The notes under the pieces: model-generated | What the model was told of the DNA's origin: nothing | The model's input: the letters and a program-made list of their open reading frames with translations, nothing else | Databases searched by the model: none | In this document: in pieces, positions 32,301-42,990 of the stretch | How positions within the stretch are numbered: the first letter of the stretch is position 1 | Layout of the letters: every line of letters begins with the position of its first letter | Source: Tubiluchus corallicola | Lineage: Eukaryota > Animalia > Priapulida | DNA: 64,000 nt | Direction: 5' to 3' | Assembly (NCBI GenBank): GCA_030141605.1 | Contig: JAQGDQ010000900.1 | Location: forward strand, 1 to 64,000 | Program-made: the position numbers and the translations under genes

Positions 32301-33725
32301 AGAATAACTGTTTTCTATGCATAAATTGCTCATAACACGACAGTCATTAAACATTCAGCTCCAGCATTAAAACATGCAAAGATTATGAAAGATACAGAAC
32401 ACTACAGGTTTTCCTAACAATACAGTCTGCATTTGGAGAATAACACTTCTGTTTCTCCCAAAATTATTGATCTGCTAACCCAAACGACACCCTACACACG
32501 CCCAGTAAATAACAACATTAGCCTTTTTTCTAGGATGTAGGCAGTAACTAAGTCAGCCACGATGATGCAATGTCGATGTACATAATTTAAAAACCTTTGT
32601 TAATTGTTCTGTTAATGTCGGATTAGTAATTAATAATTAGCAGTCATAGAACTCTAGAAGCCCTCTCACCCTTGCGCCCCCAGGAAACTCCCACCTTGCT
32701 AGGCCTCTTTTCCTAAACCCCAGACCAAGAGTTGATGCAATGCTAAATAAAATGTCTTAATTTATGAAATTTGTGGCCTAAATTGGTCTGTGAAGAGGGC
32801 TTATTGTATCATTTTCAATAAAGATTTTTAATAATAATAATAACTGGTCTGTAAATATTTCAAATAAATGAATTTGGAACTAAATTGTCCGACTGACTAA
32901 ATACCTAGTAACAACCCTGTCTTCCTCAGTAGGGAAGTTCTTATGTTTTTTATCTATGAAACTGTAAGCTACTAGGAAATTATAGCCTTAAATTCGTTAC
33001 TTCATCAAGTCATACTCAACATCCATGACTTAGTTGACAGTACCTGTGACATGCTAATTTTTATAAGGTCCTGTTACTTTTAATTTGTTTTCAGGTTGAA
33101 CTTAAAACCAAAGAGTGAAACACCGATAGTCGATGAATCAGAAGACCCGCCAGTTGAACTTAATGGAATCGCTCCAGACGCAGTTAAACGAGCTGAAATT
33201 AATAATTTTGAGCCGGATGAACTAGTTCCGCGAGACAGGTGTTCCAAGTGTAATCGTTTCTTGGCAAAACTGACGCAGATTTTAGAACTGCTGTCTCTGA
33301 CTCGGTTAGAATACAATACATGTTCTAATGCTTGCGAAAATCAACAATATTCCCTGACCTGCGACTGCTCTTCTTACGAAATGACTCTTGTGCGGACATC
33401 TCGAGCCGCCATATTGAAAGATGACGTCACCGCAAATCGTGACATGCGCAAAGCGAACGAAATCCAGACAGCTGAAAACAATGCACGGAGGCGCGAGTGT
33501 AGTAACATTATATCTATGACGTCCCGGTGTTTTGAGACGCTTTGGTCTATGCGAAGATTCTACGTAGTGTTTTTATTAGTAAAATTATTGCTTTCCATAG
33601 CATTCGTGTTGAAGTACAATGATTTTAAATCACCAGTAGATGCGCCGTTCATAGAACGTGGCTACACCATGGAGGACTTTTTCTGGTCTTTGTTTGAGAC
33701 AAAGCATATGCCTACTCCTATCTGA
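29338..33725 (+). CDS. Gene A: 492-aa coiled-coil + Cys-motif + tail-anchored membrane protein with an LRMP/IRAG2-like (KASH-like) C-terminus
   Basis: Exons 29338-29991 (gccATGG ... TCT|gtaagt), 31820-32013 (cag|GAG ... AA|gtgagt) and 33095-33725 (ttttcag|G ... TGA). Phases 0 and 2 join into one 1479-nt frame. AATAAA at 33818. The start codon is the least certain part, and the family call is an inference. Confidence 0.8.
30589..31770. repeat. 41-bp purine-rich minisatellite (~29 copies) in gene A intron 1
   Basis: Unit caatg(a/g)taggtgcttagacagaagactg(g/a)agaggacagaca; the array ends about 50 bp before the exon 2 acceptor. Confidence 0.95.
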
Positions 33726-33947
33726 AAACGCAAACAAATATTTTTGGTATTCTGATTTGAATGACGGTTAATATCACCTTTTTATACTGTATCAGCATCG
33801 ACTGTGCAGTGATGCAAAATAAACAATGGCGCTTTTTGGGCAAACTATTAGGCATTTAGCCCTTTTTATTGATATTGATAATCACTTATCATCAGTAAAT
33901 TGACTGCTTCGTCTCCCACGTTGTTATTATTATTCCTATATGTCACA

Positions 33948-34129
<182 letters not shown>

Positions 34130-34180
34130 CTACTATTATATTAATATTCTTGGTATGTTATATATATATATATATATGCC

Positions 34181-34310
34181 AAGAGGAAGAACAGGGCTAC
34201 ATGATGATGTGGGCTATATTTTAGGGTACGTCCACTGAGAGGAGTAGCGACGAGTTAATTAGATGTTCTATTTTCGGCAATTTCCGCTTAGAAAACTGCT
34301 GACGCAAAGC
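34181..34310 (+). repeat. ~130-bp direct repeat; second copy at 35832-35960
   Basis: aagaacaggg.tac..gatgatgtgggctatattttagg..acgtccac..agaggagta.cgacgagttaattagatgttctatttt...aaaactgctgacgca is present twice. Confidence 0.85.
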
Positions 34311-34387
34311 TGTACCTGTGCGATTATGCACATTTCCATTTCGTATTTCGCTTTTGATACTCTCTTTAAGTGCGTCCCGGCTTACCC

Positions 34388-34890
34388 TCACACCGGGTTG
34401 TGGCTCATCGATTGTGCCATTTTAGCGGCGGTGTAGCGGACGGATCTCCGAATTGTATATATAGCCTCGACCGAGCGATGAGGCAGGCTCTGATGGAGGA
34501 ATTTTGCCAGCCCCATTTTTTTGAGGTGGAACTTGAGTCCTGTTCGGCCATGAGCCTGAATTCGACATCCGTCCACGGTGTACCAGCGCCGTCGGCCCTC
34601 TCCCCCCTGGGTCAAGAGACTGTTGTTATTTTCAACAGGATGAGCCCACCTTCTATGCTGTTGGCATCCCGCGTGCGTTTTAAAGAAACGGGAACATTCT
34701 GGACAGCGGTGAGCATCATCCTGTGACGGCTCGCTACCACTGCTCGCTTGAGCTGTTTCTTCAGGTACTCTGATGGAACAATACCTGTAATGGCAGTGCA
34801 GTAGGCACTCTGGTGTGATGGCCACAGTTTTTCGCACTTCGCACATCGGAATTTGAGCCTATGGACGCCCAATCCATGGTTACTTTCACA
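34388..34890 (-). mobile_element. Degenerate N-terminal fragment of an R2-like retrotransposon (zinc fingers + Myb-like domain)
   Basis: Across a frameshift: FRCAKC...CHYRYC (CCHC finger), CPECSRFFKTHAGCQQHRRWAHP (C2H2 finger) and RRRW...LPHRSVEAIYTIRR (Myb-like). This is the domain order of multi-finger R2 lineages. Confidence 0.72.
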
Positions 34891-34897
34891 TGAACTT

Positions 34898-35119
34898 TAC
34901 TCACTCACTCACTCACTCACTCACTCACTCACTCACTCACCCACTTACTCCCAGCTTGTCAAGATAGAGTGTGCGCATCCCGCAAACCTACAGCACCTGC
35001 TATTCCTAGTCGGTCACCCATCCAAGTACTAACCGCCTTTACGTCGCTTAACTTCGGTGATCAGTCGAGAACCCTTGTCGTCAACCTGATTTGAACAACC
35101 GGTATTTTCAACGCCGTAA
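34898..35119 (-). mobile_element. 5S rRNA-derived SINE3-like element (or 5S pseudogene) with (GAGT)n tail
   Basis: Minus strand 35119-34984 reads TACGG..GTTGAAAATACCGGTT[27-nt insert]CTCGACTGATCACCGAAGTTAAGC..GGTTAGTACTTGGATGGGTGACCG..GGAATA..GGTGCTGTAGGTTT, which is clearly 5S-like with box A and box C. About 35-50 nt of non-5S body and a (GAGT)n run follow. Confidence 0.82.
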
Positions 35120-35383
35120 TTGTGTATAAGCAGATGCTCGTGATGTACAAGAATTGCAAACTTGCTACATAGGAACATGTACAAAGGCGTATAAATTCTC
35201 CTCAAATACCAGTAAAATCCACACTAAGTTTCGTTTATTGTATGATCAGTATACAAATCAGTAACAGCAGTATACAAACATGTTTAATATTAGCCTATAT
35301 CGATTCGATTTTTTTTTACTTTTTCAAGAACGGAGGTGAACGACTTAAAAAGGACAAAAACTCGGATTTCCGTCATAAGTAAT

Positions 35384-35580
35384 CTAGCTTGTCGCCCAGG
35401 ATTCACAAATATACTGAAATTTTGCCCGCAGGATGGCGCAGCTTTCGCCATCGCCGTAATTATCTGGTTGGCCATCTGCTACGTCCCAAGAAGTAAAAAG
35501 AGCAGGTCGCCCTGTTGCAAACCACCTCCAGTCACCCTCCTCGTGTATGTCGGTTAAACCAATCCAAAAATGCTCACCAG
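35384..35580 (-). pseudogene. Orphan C-type lectin domain terminal exon with an internal deletion
   Basis: Acceptor ttttttaataaag| at 35581, then GEHFWIGLTDIHEEGDWRW...FTSW...GQPDNYGDGESCAIL...YICES. WIGL and QPD motifs are present but the WND..C segment is missing. No upstream exons were found. Confidence 0.75.
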
Positions 35581-36502
35581 CTTTATTAAAAAACAAAATA
35601 TATTTGATATTAAATTTGCTTATTTGCCATTATATTTTCATATAATATAACACTTATTTAACTTTTATACATTCCATAGCAATTATAACGTACTTTACCA
35701 CTCCCATGAAACACTAAAATAACAAATATTATCAGTGAGTTTTTTTCGAAATTTTGACCAAACAGGATGCAGAAAAAACGTTCTAGCCGCGCCTGGTGGG
35801 ACTCTCGGAAGGAGATATATGGCTTTTTAGAAAGAGAAAGAACAGGGTTACACGATGATGTGGGCTATATTTTAGGAGACGTCCACCAAGAGGAGTACCG
35901 ACGAGTTAATTAGATGTTCTATTTTTGACAATTTTCGCTTGAAAAACTGCTGACGCAAGCCATTGTTCGGATATCATCCATTATACTCTGCTTATAACCT
36001 TAAACTTTAATTCTGTGATTTGGCATTTTTTTCTTGAACGAGTTAAGACGGTTGAAGAAGAAGGGCGGATGATTTTTAATTGAAGTATCTGGTTTCTAGC
36101 ACGTGTACTGAAAAATTATAATATTTCTTCACCCCCACATGTAGAATTACTGCAAATTGTTAGCACGTCCCAATCGCTAGTGAGATTATTATGACGTAAC
36201 GCTTGTAACAATGACGTAATGTCTGACGAAATTACTAGTGTCATGGCTATGATCAAACTTGTAACCAAGGACGCCAATATGGCACAAAGCAGAATGGTAG
36301 TAATGGGGCGCGGATTCTAGATAAACTGCCAACATTTTAGATTTTCGCACGTTGAAATTAGGCAGGTTTAGCTGTGCTCACAAGCGAACTTCATCAACTA
36401 CTACGGTACAACGCCAACGTAAATTCAGCCCATTTATGACGTCACCGGAATGAAGGGGTTATCAAGTGGCGGCGGAAGTAGATACTGACCAAATTACTGA
36501 GG

Positions 36503-39500
36503 ATGATTGTCCGAATGGATGGATTTCCTACGAAGCACAGAGCCTACCTACCTGACCACCTCACAGTGGTCAACAGTTTGGAGAAGAACTACCAAACCAA
36601 CGTCCAGCTGTTTCAGGAAGCGGAGACCTTACTTAGGGAGACCTTCGAAAAAATAGTCAACCTACTTATGGTAAGCAAAGCGTTATAGAATTTCTTCAAT
36701 AACGCCTATAAATCGATAACCCCACGCTGGTTTGTTAAAGCACGAGAAAACCCTTTATAAACGTAAAGCTTAAAAAATTCGTCTTGAAATTTTACACCAC
36801 TTACATACTGTCTTTTTACATACAAGACTTGCGTCAGCAGTAACGCTATGTAAAACATGTACATAAACATAAACTCCCGCGATGGCCGTTAGATGCAGCC
36901 ATTTTGCCGACAGGTTTACAACAAGTTTAACAAAAGTTTAACAAGGTGAAACAAGTTTAGATAACATACATTGCGTGAAGTTTGAAATAATAATCACAGC
37001 ATTCACAGCATAACTAAGCAAAGAATTTGTATTACTTTATATTCTCAGTAAGATTAAAAATGTACTTTTGGTGAATCAGTTGTGCACACTGGGAATAGTG
37101 AAACAGTGACGTTGACGCTTTAACAGTTGGCGCGAATATTTTAATTTTTAGAAAAAATCTTTTCCATTATATACGTCTTTCAAACAGGTAAGTTTAACGC
37201 TAACTAAGATAACTCTGTTTTGGAATTTTTTTTGGGACGTACTTTAAAATTCTGTTCTTTTCCCTTTAACAGTCAACGCCCGTCACTGGAAAATTAGTTA
37301 AAAGCAGAACTGGACCCAATCTTAAACTGTAGGTCAAAACAATCTACTCTTTAAAATATTGAAAGGAAACATACTATTTTTTTTCAAAAATGACTTACGT
37401 GAAAGAATTATTACCACACAAACACAACTTCACGTTCACGCCACTAGTTCTTCACTATTACATGCATTTCGCCATTCGCTACTTAGATGGGCACTAGCGC
37501 CTGTGTTTCGGAAAAGCATTGCACAAAAACAGGTGCTGTACCTTTCAGCTCAGATGTGTTAGCTACTGACGAACTACGCACATTGTACAGCTCATGCTTG
37601 CGTACAGCGGTAAATTTGAAATTTAAATTTTTATCTCAAAACTTGCCTAATTTCAGCACAACACACTGAATATCTTACAGTATCACTGTACTTCCATTTT
37701 CGCTTTCGCAAACACGTTCAACACGCTCGCAGACTATTTTTGCTGTTGAAAATTATGTTAGTTTGTGATGTCATCAATAGTTGAGCTTGGCCGCCATTAA
37801 TTAGGTTTTTAATCTATTATTTAATTATCGGAAACGCTTTTGCAGTATTAATTGTGTTAAAATGTATACTTTTTATCGGATTTGAAGTAGCATTTGGAGT
37901 AGTATATGAAAAATCATCCTCTTTTCCTTTAACCTCTTCAGTCCCAAATTATTTTTAATAAGAAAAATGTTTTGGCTTGGTACTTTTGTTCAGTATGCCC
38001 ATCTTGTTTACACATAATTATTTTTTTTCTACCTGCGCCCGCGTGCTAAATATAGCCTGTATCCCACGGGATACATTGGGATTCAATGGAAGCGTAAAAT
38101 GTGCTTCATTTTGCAACTGCTGATAATTTTTTAAAGTATTTAAGACATTTAGTATGCATGCTATGCTGATCTGTACAAAGTCGTCTCTAAAGTACTGTAC
38201 CTTGCACAGTTTTTTTATGCTATGTAGATTTTCTAGTTTGCCATTTTATCACCATTTTTAGTCTATTGTTATTGTCTTAAATAAAAATAACTATTAACAG
38301 ATCAAATAACTGTCAGTTTTAAAATTTTATTAATTTTAAAGGCAGAAAATATCATCGTATCCCACGGGATACAACGGGTATGAAAGGGTTAAGATTTCTG
38401 CTTTGCAAGTCTGTCATCATACTTTTACGTTTCTGCCCTTTGTGCAAATAAGTGCAGCTTATAATCAGGTTTTTTACTTTGTGAATTTAGGAAGCTTGTG
38501 ACAGTGTTCTAGCTAAGAATGAAGAACAAGCTCAACTCATTCTACTCCGCCTGCAAAGAGACGTCAAAATTCTCTACCGGATTTGTGAAGATTTTGGCAA
38601 GTCAGCTTGTAAGCTAGCCGTGTGTCGCCATCAGTTGTCAGCAGCCGGAATGAAAGAGTTGGATCGCTGTTCGATGTGAGTAAAGTTCGTTTCTTGCCGT
38701 ATAGGTGGCAGCACCATGGTGAAAATATCAGTGAGGTAAAAAAACGATGGTAGGAAGTAAAATCATCAGTATAATGCAAAGAAGAAGAATGGAAAACGGA
38801 GCGGGATAGATAAAAGAAAGAAAAGGATAGATAACAGAAAGAAAAAATAAGGAAGAAAAAGAAAGAAAAGGGGAGAAAGGAAAAGAAAGATAAAAGAAAG
38901 AATGAATGCATGAACTAAGTAATAGGTATCCTATAAACGAACAAAGCGAACATTCAAATGAACAAAATTGAAAATGATGGGAGAAACAGGAGGGAAAAAA
39001 TGAAGAATAGAAAGGTTGGCGAGGAAGAAAGGGAAATGTGGGAACACAGAAAAGAAAAAAAAGAGATAAATATGAAGAAGGGATCTGGAAGAAGGCAGGT
39101 AAGGAAGCCAATGATACAAAAGAAGGAAGGACATTAGGACAGTGAGACTAGTGACTTTCAAATGCTAAGAAATCAATAAATAAGTAAATAAATAAATAGA
39201 GAATGAATAAACACAGAGTTGATAAAGGAAACAAGAAAAATAAGAGAAAAAAAGGTAGATAAAGAATGGAAACCAAGCTGAGAAGAGCAAATAAAAGAAC
39301 AAATTGGTACAGAATTTAGGTTTTTGGCAAGATACAGGTACAGTTATGTTTTAATACATACATATGTATTACAGTCAACATACACATACACACACACACA
39401 CACACGCACACGCACACGCACACGCACGCACGCACGCACTCACTCACGCACGCACGCACGCACACACTCACGCACGCACGCACACACTCACACACAAACA

Positions 39501-40642
39501 TACATACATACGCACATACATACATACATACATACATACATACATACATACATACATACATACATACATACATACATACATACGTACGTACGTACGTACA
39601 TACATACATACATACATACATACATACATACATACATACATACATACATACATACATACATACATACATACATACATACATACATACTCCCATACATATG
39701 TACATGCACATATACATACATACTCTCATACATACATAGGTCCACTTTTTATGAGGATAAACATCGTATGCAGTTAAGTAGCCATTAAACAAAACACATT
39801 ACGGTATTTATGTTTTTTACAGACCTGATTTACCTTTCCCGCGCAGTTCAATTCTGTCTGCAGGTACAACTAGAGTCGTACGAGCGCCATCTACCGCCAT
39901 CAATGAAAACCGCAAGGTTACATTTCCACTGATAAGCAAGGAACCAACCGGAGCTTGTCTAAAATGCGTGTACTTCGGCAAGGAGCTGTCGGATTTTCTG
40001 GGAACACTGTCATTGACGACCCTCGAATCTTTTGCCAGATCAGATCCTAGCAACGCTGATAAGTACAAACTGCTCTGCGACTGTTCCTTGTACGAATTGA
40101 CCGTCAAGCGTCTGTCAGATGTCTCAAAGAGTTACAGCGAACCTCTCGGCAAGACGGGAAGCTGCGAATTACACGCGGTGGAGAAACCGCTTCAGGCGTC
40201 ATTCCCGAGCGTGGAAGAAGAAGAAGAAGAAGAAGAAGAGGAGACTTTCTTAATTTCCAAAGAAGATGACGTTTTTGGTCCAGCTCATGAAAATGAAGAC
40301 GAAACTCCAGAACATCAACTAGAAGAAGTAAAAGCTGTTGATTCTTCCAGCACCATATCCACATTGAGTCTTTCTTCCCTTATGGAGTTCATTTTCTTGT
40401 TCGCTTTTCTGATACCTTTTAAACTGGTGGTTTATCTAGCTGAGCTGCCATTCAGATTCATTATATACATGTTCTCAGTTCAGTTCTTAGTCATTTTAAC
40501 GATGCTTAGTTGGCTTGTTTACTATCTTGAAATTTACAACCGTTCAAAAGCCAACGAGCCAGACCGTCTTAGTTTGCTGGAGGTGCTCTATAGTAAATTG
40601 TTCAATACGAACCACATTACGCCCTGTCCCATGTATTCTTAA
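36503..40642 (+). CDS. Gene B: 390-aa tandem paralog of gene A (coiled-coil + Cys-motif + acidic tract + C-terminal membrane region)
   Basis: Exons 36503-36670 (ATG|gtaagc), 38491-38675 (ttag|GAA ... AT|gtgagt) and 39823-40642 (tttacag|A ... TAA). Same intron phases (0, 2) as gene A, with the first intron at an alignable position; 1173-nt frame; AATAAA at 40717. Exon 2 is missing from the ORF track. Confidence 0.8.
36739..37265. mobile_element. Kolobok-like family K3 copy, inverted and truncated (gene B intron 1)
   Basis: Begins TTAA|AGCACGAGAAAACCC and continues as the reverse complement of the K3 interior. Confidence 0.7.
37302..37928. mobile_element. Kolobok-like TTAA MITE family K2, copy 2 (gene B intron 1)
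   Basis: Colinear with 16081-16686 and TTAA-flanked. Confidence 0.82.
37933..38388. mobile_element. piggyBac-like MITE, copy 1
   Basis: TTAA|CCTCTTCA ... TGAAAGGG|TTAA with internal GTATCCCACGGGATAC palindromes. An inverted copy is at 51966-52373. Confidence 0.82.
39380..39737. repeat. (CA)/(CGCA)/(CATA)n microsatellite in gene B intron 2
   Basis: Direct reading. Confidence 0.95.
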
Positions 40643-40914
40643 AAAACATCACTGTCATTCATAACTTGTCCCGTTCACCACCGTTTAAGAGTTTGATGGT
40701 GTCGCTGCATTGCTGGAATAAACAATATGACATTTTCGTAATACGAGATTGCAACATTGTTTTTAATTTCAAAATTTTCATTTACCTTACTGTCATGAAT
40801 GATTATAATATCATCTACAAATACTAGTCTTACATAGGGAAATTGGTGCACGAGGATGTGTCGCTTCCAAAAGTCACGATACTGATATTAAAGATTAGAA
40901 TGAACGACGACAAG

Positions 40915-41185
40915 TATGATGATTATGGTAACGAATGACAATAACAATAACAATGACAATTATGACAAGAATAATGATAATAATGATGCAATAGGCCTAA
41001 TATCGACAGTTGATGATGATGAAGATAATGATGATGATTATGATAATGACGATGACGACGACGACGACGACGATGATGATGGTGGCGATGACGATGATAA
41101 TGATGATGATGATGACGATGTTTATGCTTATGATGATGATGATGATGATAATGTTGATGATGATACTGGACCATGTGATGACGAA
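40915..41185. repeat. (GAT/AAT/GAC)n microsatellite downstream of gene B
   Basis: Direct reading. Confidence 0.9.
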
Positions 41186-41641
41186 AATTGTGACAGGGGT
41201 TATTATTAGTATCAGCCGCACTGATAATTAACAATAGCATCTCGACGACGACGTTGATGAAGCTTTTCGTGGATGCTAGATGGCGTTTATATATACATTT
41301 ACAATTATTGTTCTTAACGGCCCAAATCCCAATGAAAACATCACGAACAAACACACAAACAAGCAAAACTCTGTTAAACCGTCACACTCAAAATCATAAT
41401 TCATACATGTCAGTCACATAATCTTGCTCCAAATGCCACGTGTGATGAGTTGTATTCGTTAGCAGTGTTGATAATCTCACAAATCTTACCTGGTAGCTAA
41501 TAGCTAAAACTGTCTATAGGACGCAACTTTAATTGAAACTTTATCACAGCAAACTTTATCACATCAAATCTACTATGCTCAACTAATAAAGATGTCTATT
41601 GTTTAGAAGTTTCAATAATTTTGCAATTATTCAAAAGCTAA

Positions 41642-41968
41642 GGCCCATTTCACAGTGAAGACGCGAGGCAAAATACCTCTCTCAGTTCCTCGTGAGGAAT
41701 TATGCCGCCAGCTAGAAGCTATGCGTCCTCCTCGTGAGAAACTTTTTCGCATGGTAGAAGTACTGCACGTTCCATTTCTGTGAGAAATTTTCGAGGAATT
41801 CAGTCTTAAATTGAACTACTCAATTACTTTCTTATTTAACGAACAACAATTAACATATTTCAGCGTAAAATTATAAGATTTAATCTCTCTTATAACAGAC
41901 TGACGATTATGCAACATCGGTGACTATGTTTGTGAAAAAGAAAAGTAACCCGCGCACACACGCACGCA

Positions 41969-42023
<55 letters not shown>

Positions 42024-42084
42024 GCACACACACACACGCACGCTCGCACGCACGCACGCACACGCACGGACGCACGCACACACG

Positions 42085-42119
<35 letters not shown>

Positions 42120-42373
42120 CATTTATGCATATTTTCAGATTTTGAAGTGGTTATTAGAACTTTACTAAAAAACAAACAGGTCTGACATTACTTTGATTAA
42201 CATGTTTATACAGTATGAAACTCGTAAAGTAGCTGCAGCTAACTGGACGCGCGAAAAAAAACCGCCCAGTTTCACTGTGAAATGAATGGAATTTCCAGAA
42301 AAAATCGGAAATTTTCAGAAAATGTTCTTATTTTCTCACACCGATTCCGTGCGTCCTCGCTGTGAAATGAACC
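41642..42373. mobile_element. PIF/Harbinger-like MITE containing a (CA)/(CGCA) microsatellite
   Basis: Imperfect TIRs GGCCCATTTCACAGTGAAGACGC / GCGTCCTCGCTGTGAAATGAACC with a 3-bp TAA on both sides. Confidence 0.7.
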
Positions 42374-42468
42374 TAAGACTGTAGACGTCTTGTACACCGT
42401 GGAGTTAGGATCGACTCAGACCTGTCAAGGCGTTGTGGTTACATGGCCAAAATTGGAAACGTCTTTAC

Positions 42469-42990
42469 GTATGTATGTATGTATGTATGTATGTAGTTTA
42501 CTGACTAAAACAAGTTACATGTGTACACGAGGAACGAGGTCAATGCCACAATCGATACATTAGTGATTTTAGTCCAGATTGTCACTTTACGTACATTTCC
42601 TACTCAAGGTTATAGCATTAAAAACAGTGTTATGCATACAAGGTACATCAGCATAAAAGTTGCAAAATTTCATAACATATTATATAACAATTAGGGTGCT
42701 CAAAGAAGTGAGTTAAATCAGCAAAGTTTACATTGTCGTAGCGGTTTCTAATATTTGATGTTAGGGGGCGTGTCTGTATAACGTGTTTCTCAGTTTGAAT
42801 GTCCTCACAAGGACATAACTTGGCTGTCTCGCCCATCTACCCGATTCTATCCGCAGCCTATGTGACTGAAGACGCATTCTTGTGAAGCTCGTCCGATGAT
42901 GCTCAAATATTGTCGATTCAAAACGAGGAGTTTCGAGACCGGGGTTCAATTCCAAGTAGGTTACATCGAGACTCGTGTTCCAGTACAAGA
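42469..42990 (-). mobile_element. Frameshifted 3' fragment of a second LINE family
   Basis: Two overlapping frames give FTRMRLQSHRLRIESGRWAR and LCPCEDIQTEKHVI, the RL.SH.L.IE.GR + zinc-knuckle C-terminus of LINE ORF2. An (ACAT)n tail lies downstream at 42469-42495. Confidence 0.75.

Noticed and set aside
34984-35119. Functional 5S rRNA gene
   Set aside because: It has a 5' deletion, a 27-nt insertion and several substitutions, only three T at the end, and is not in a tandem array.
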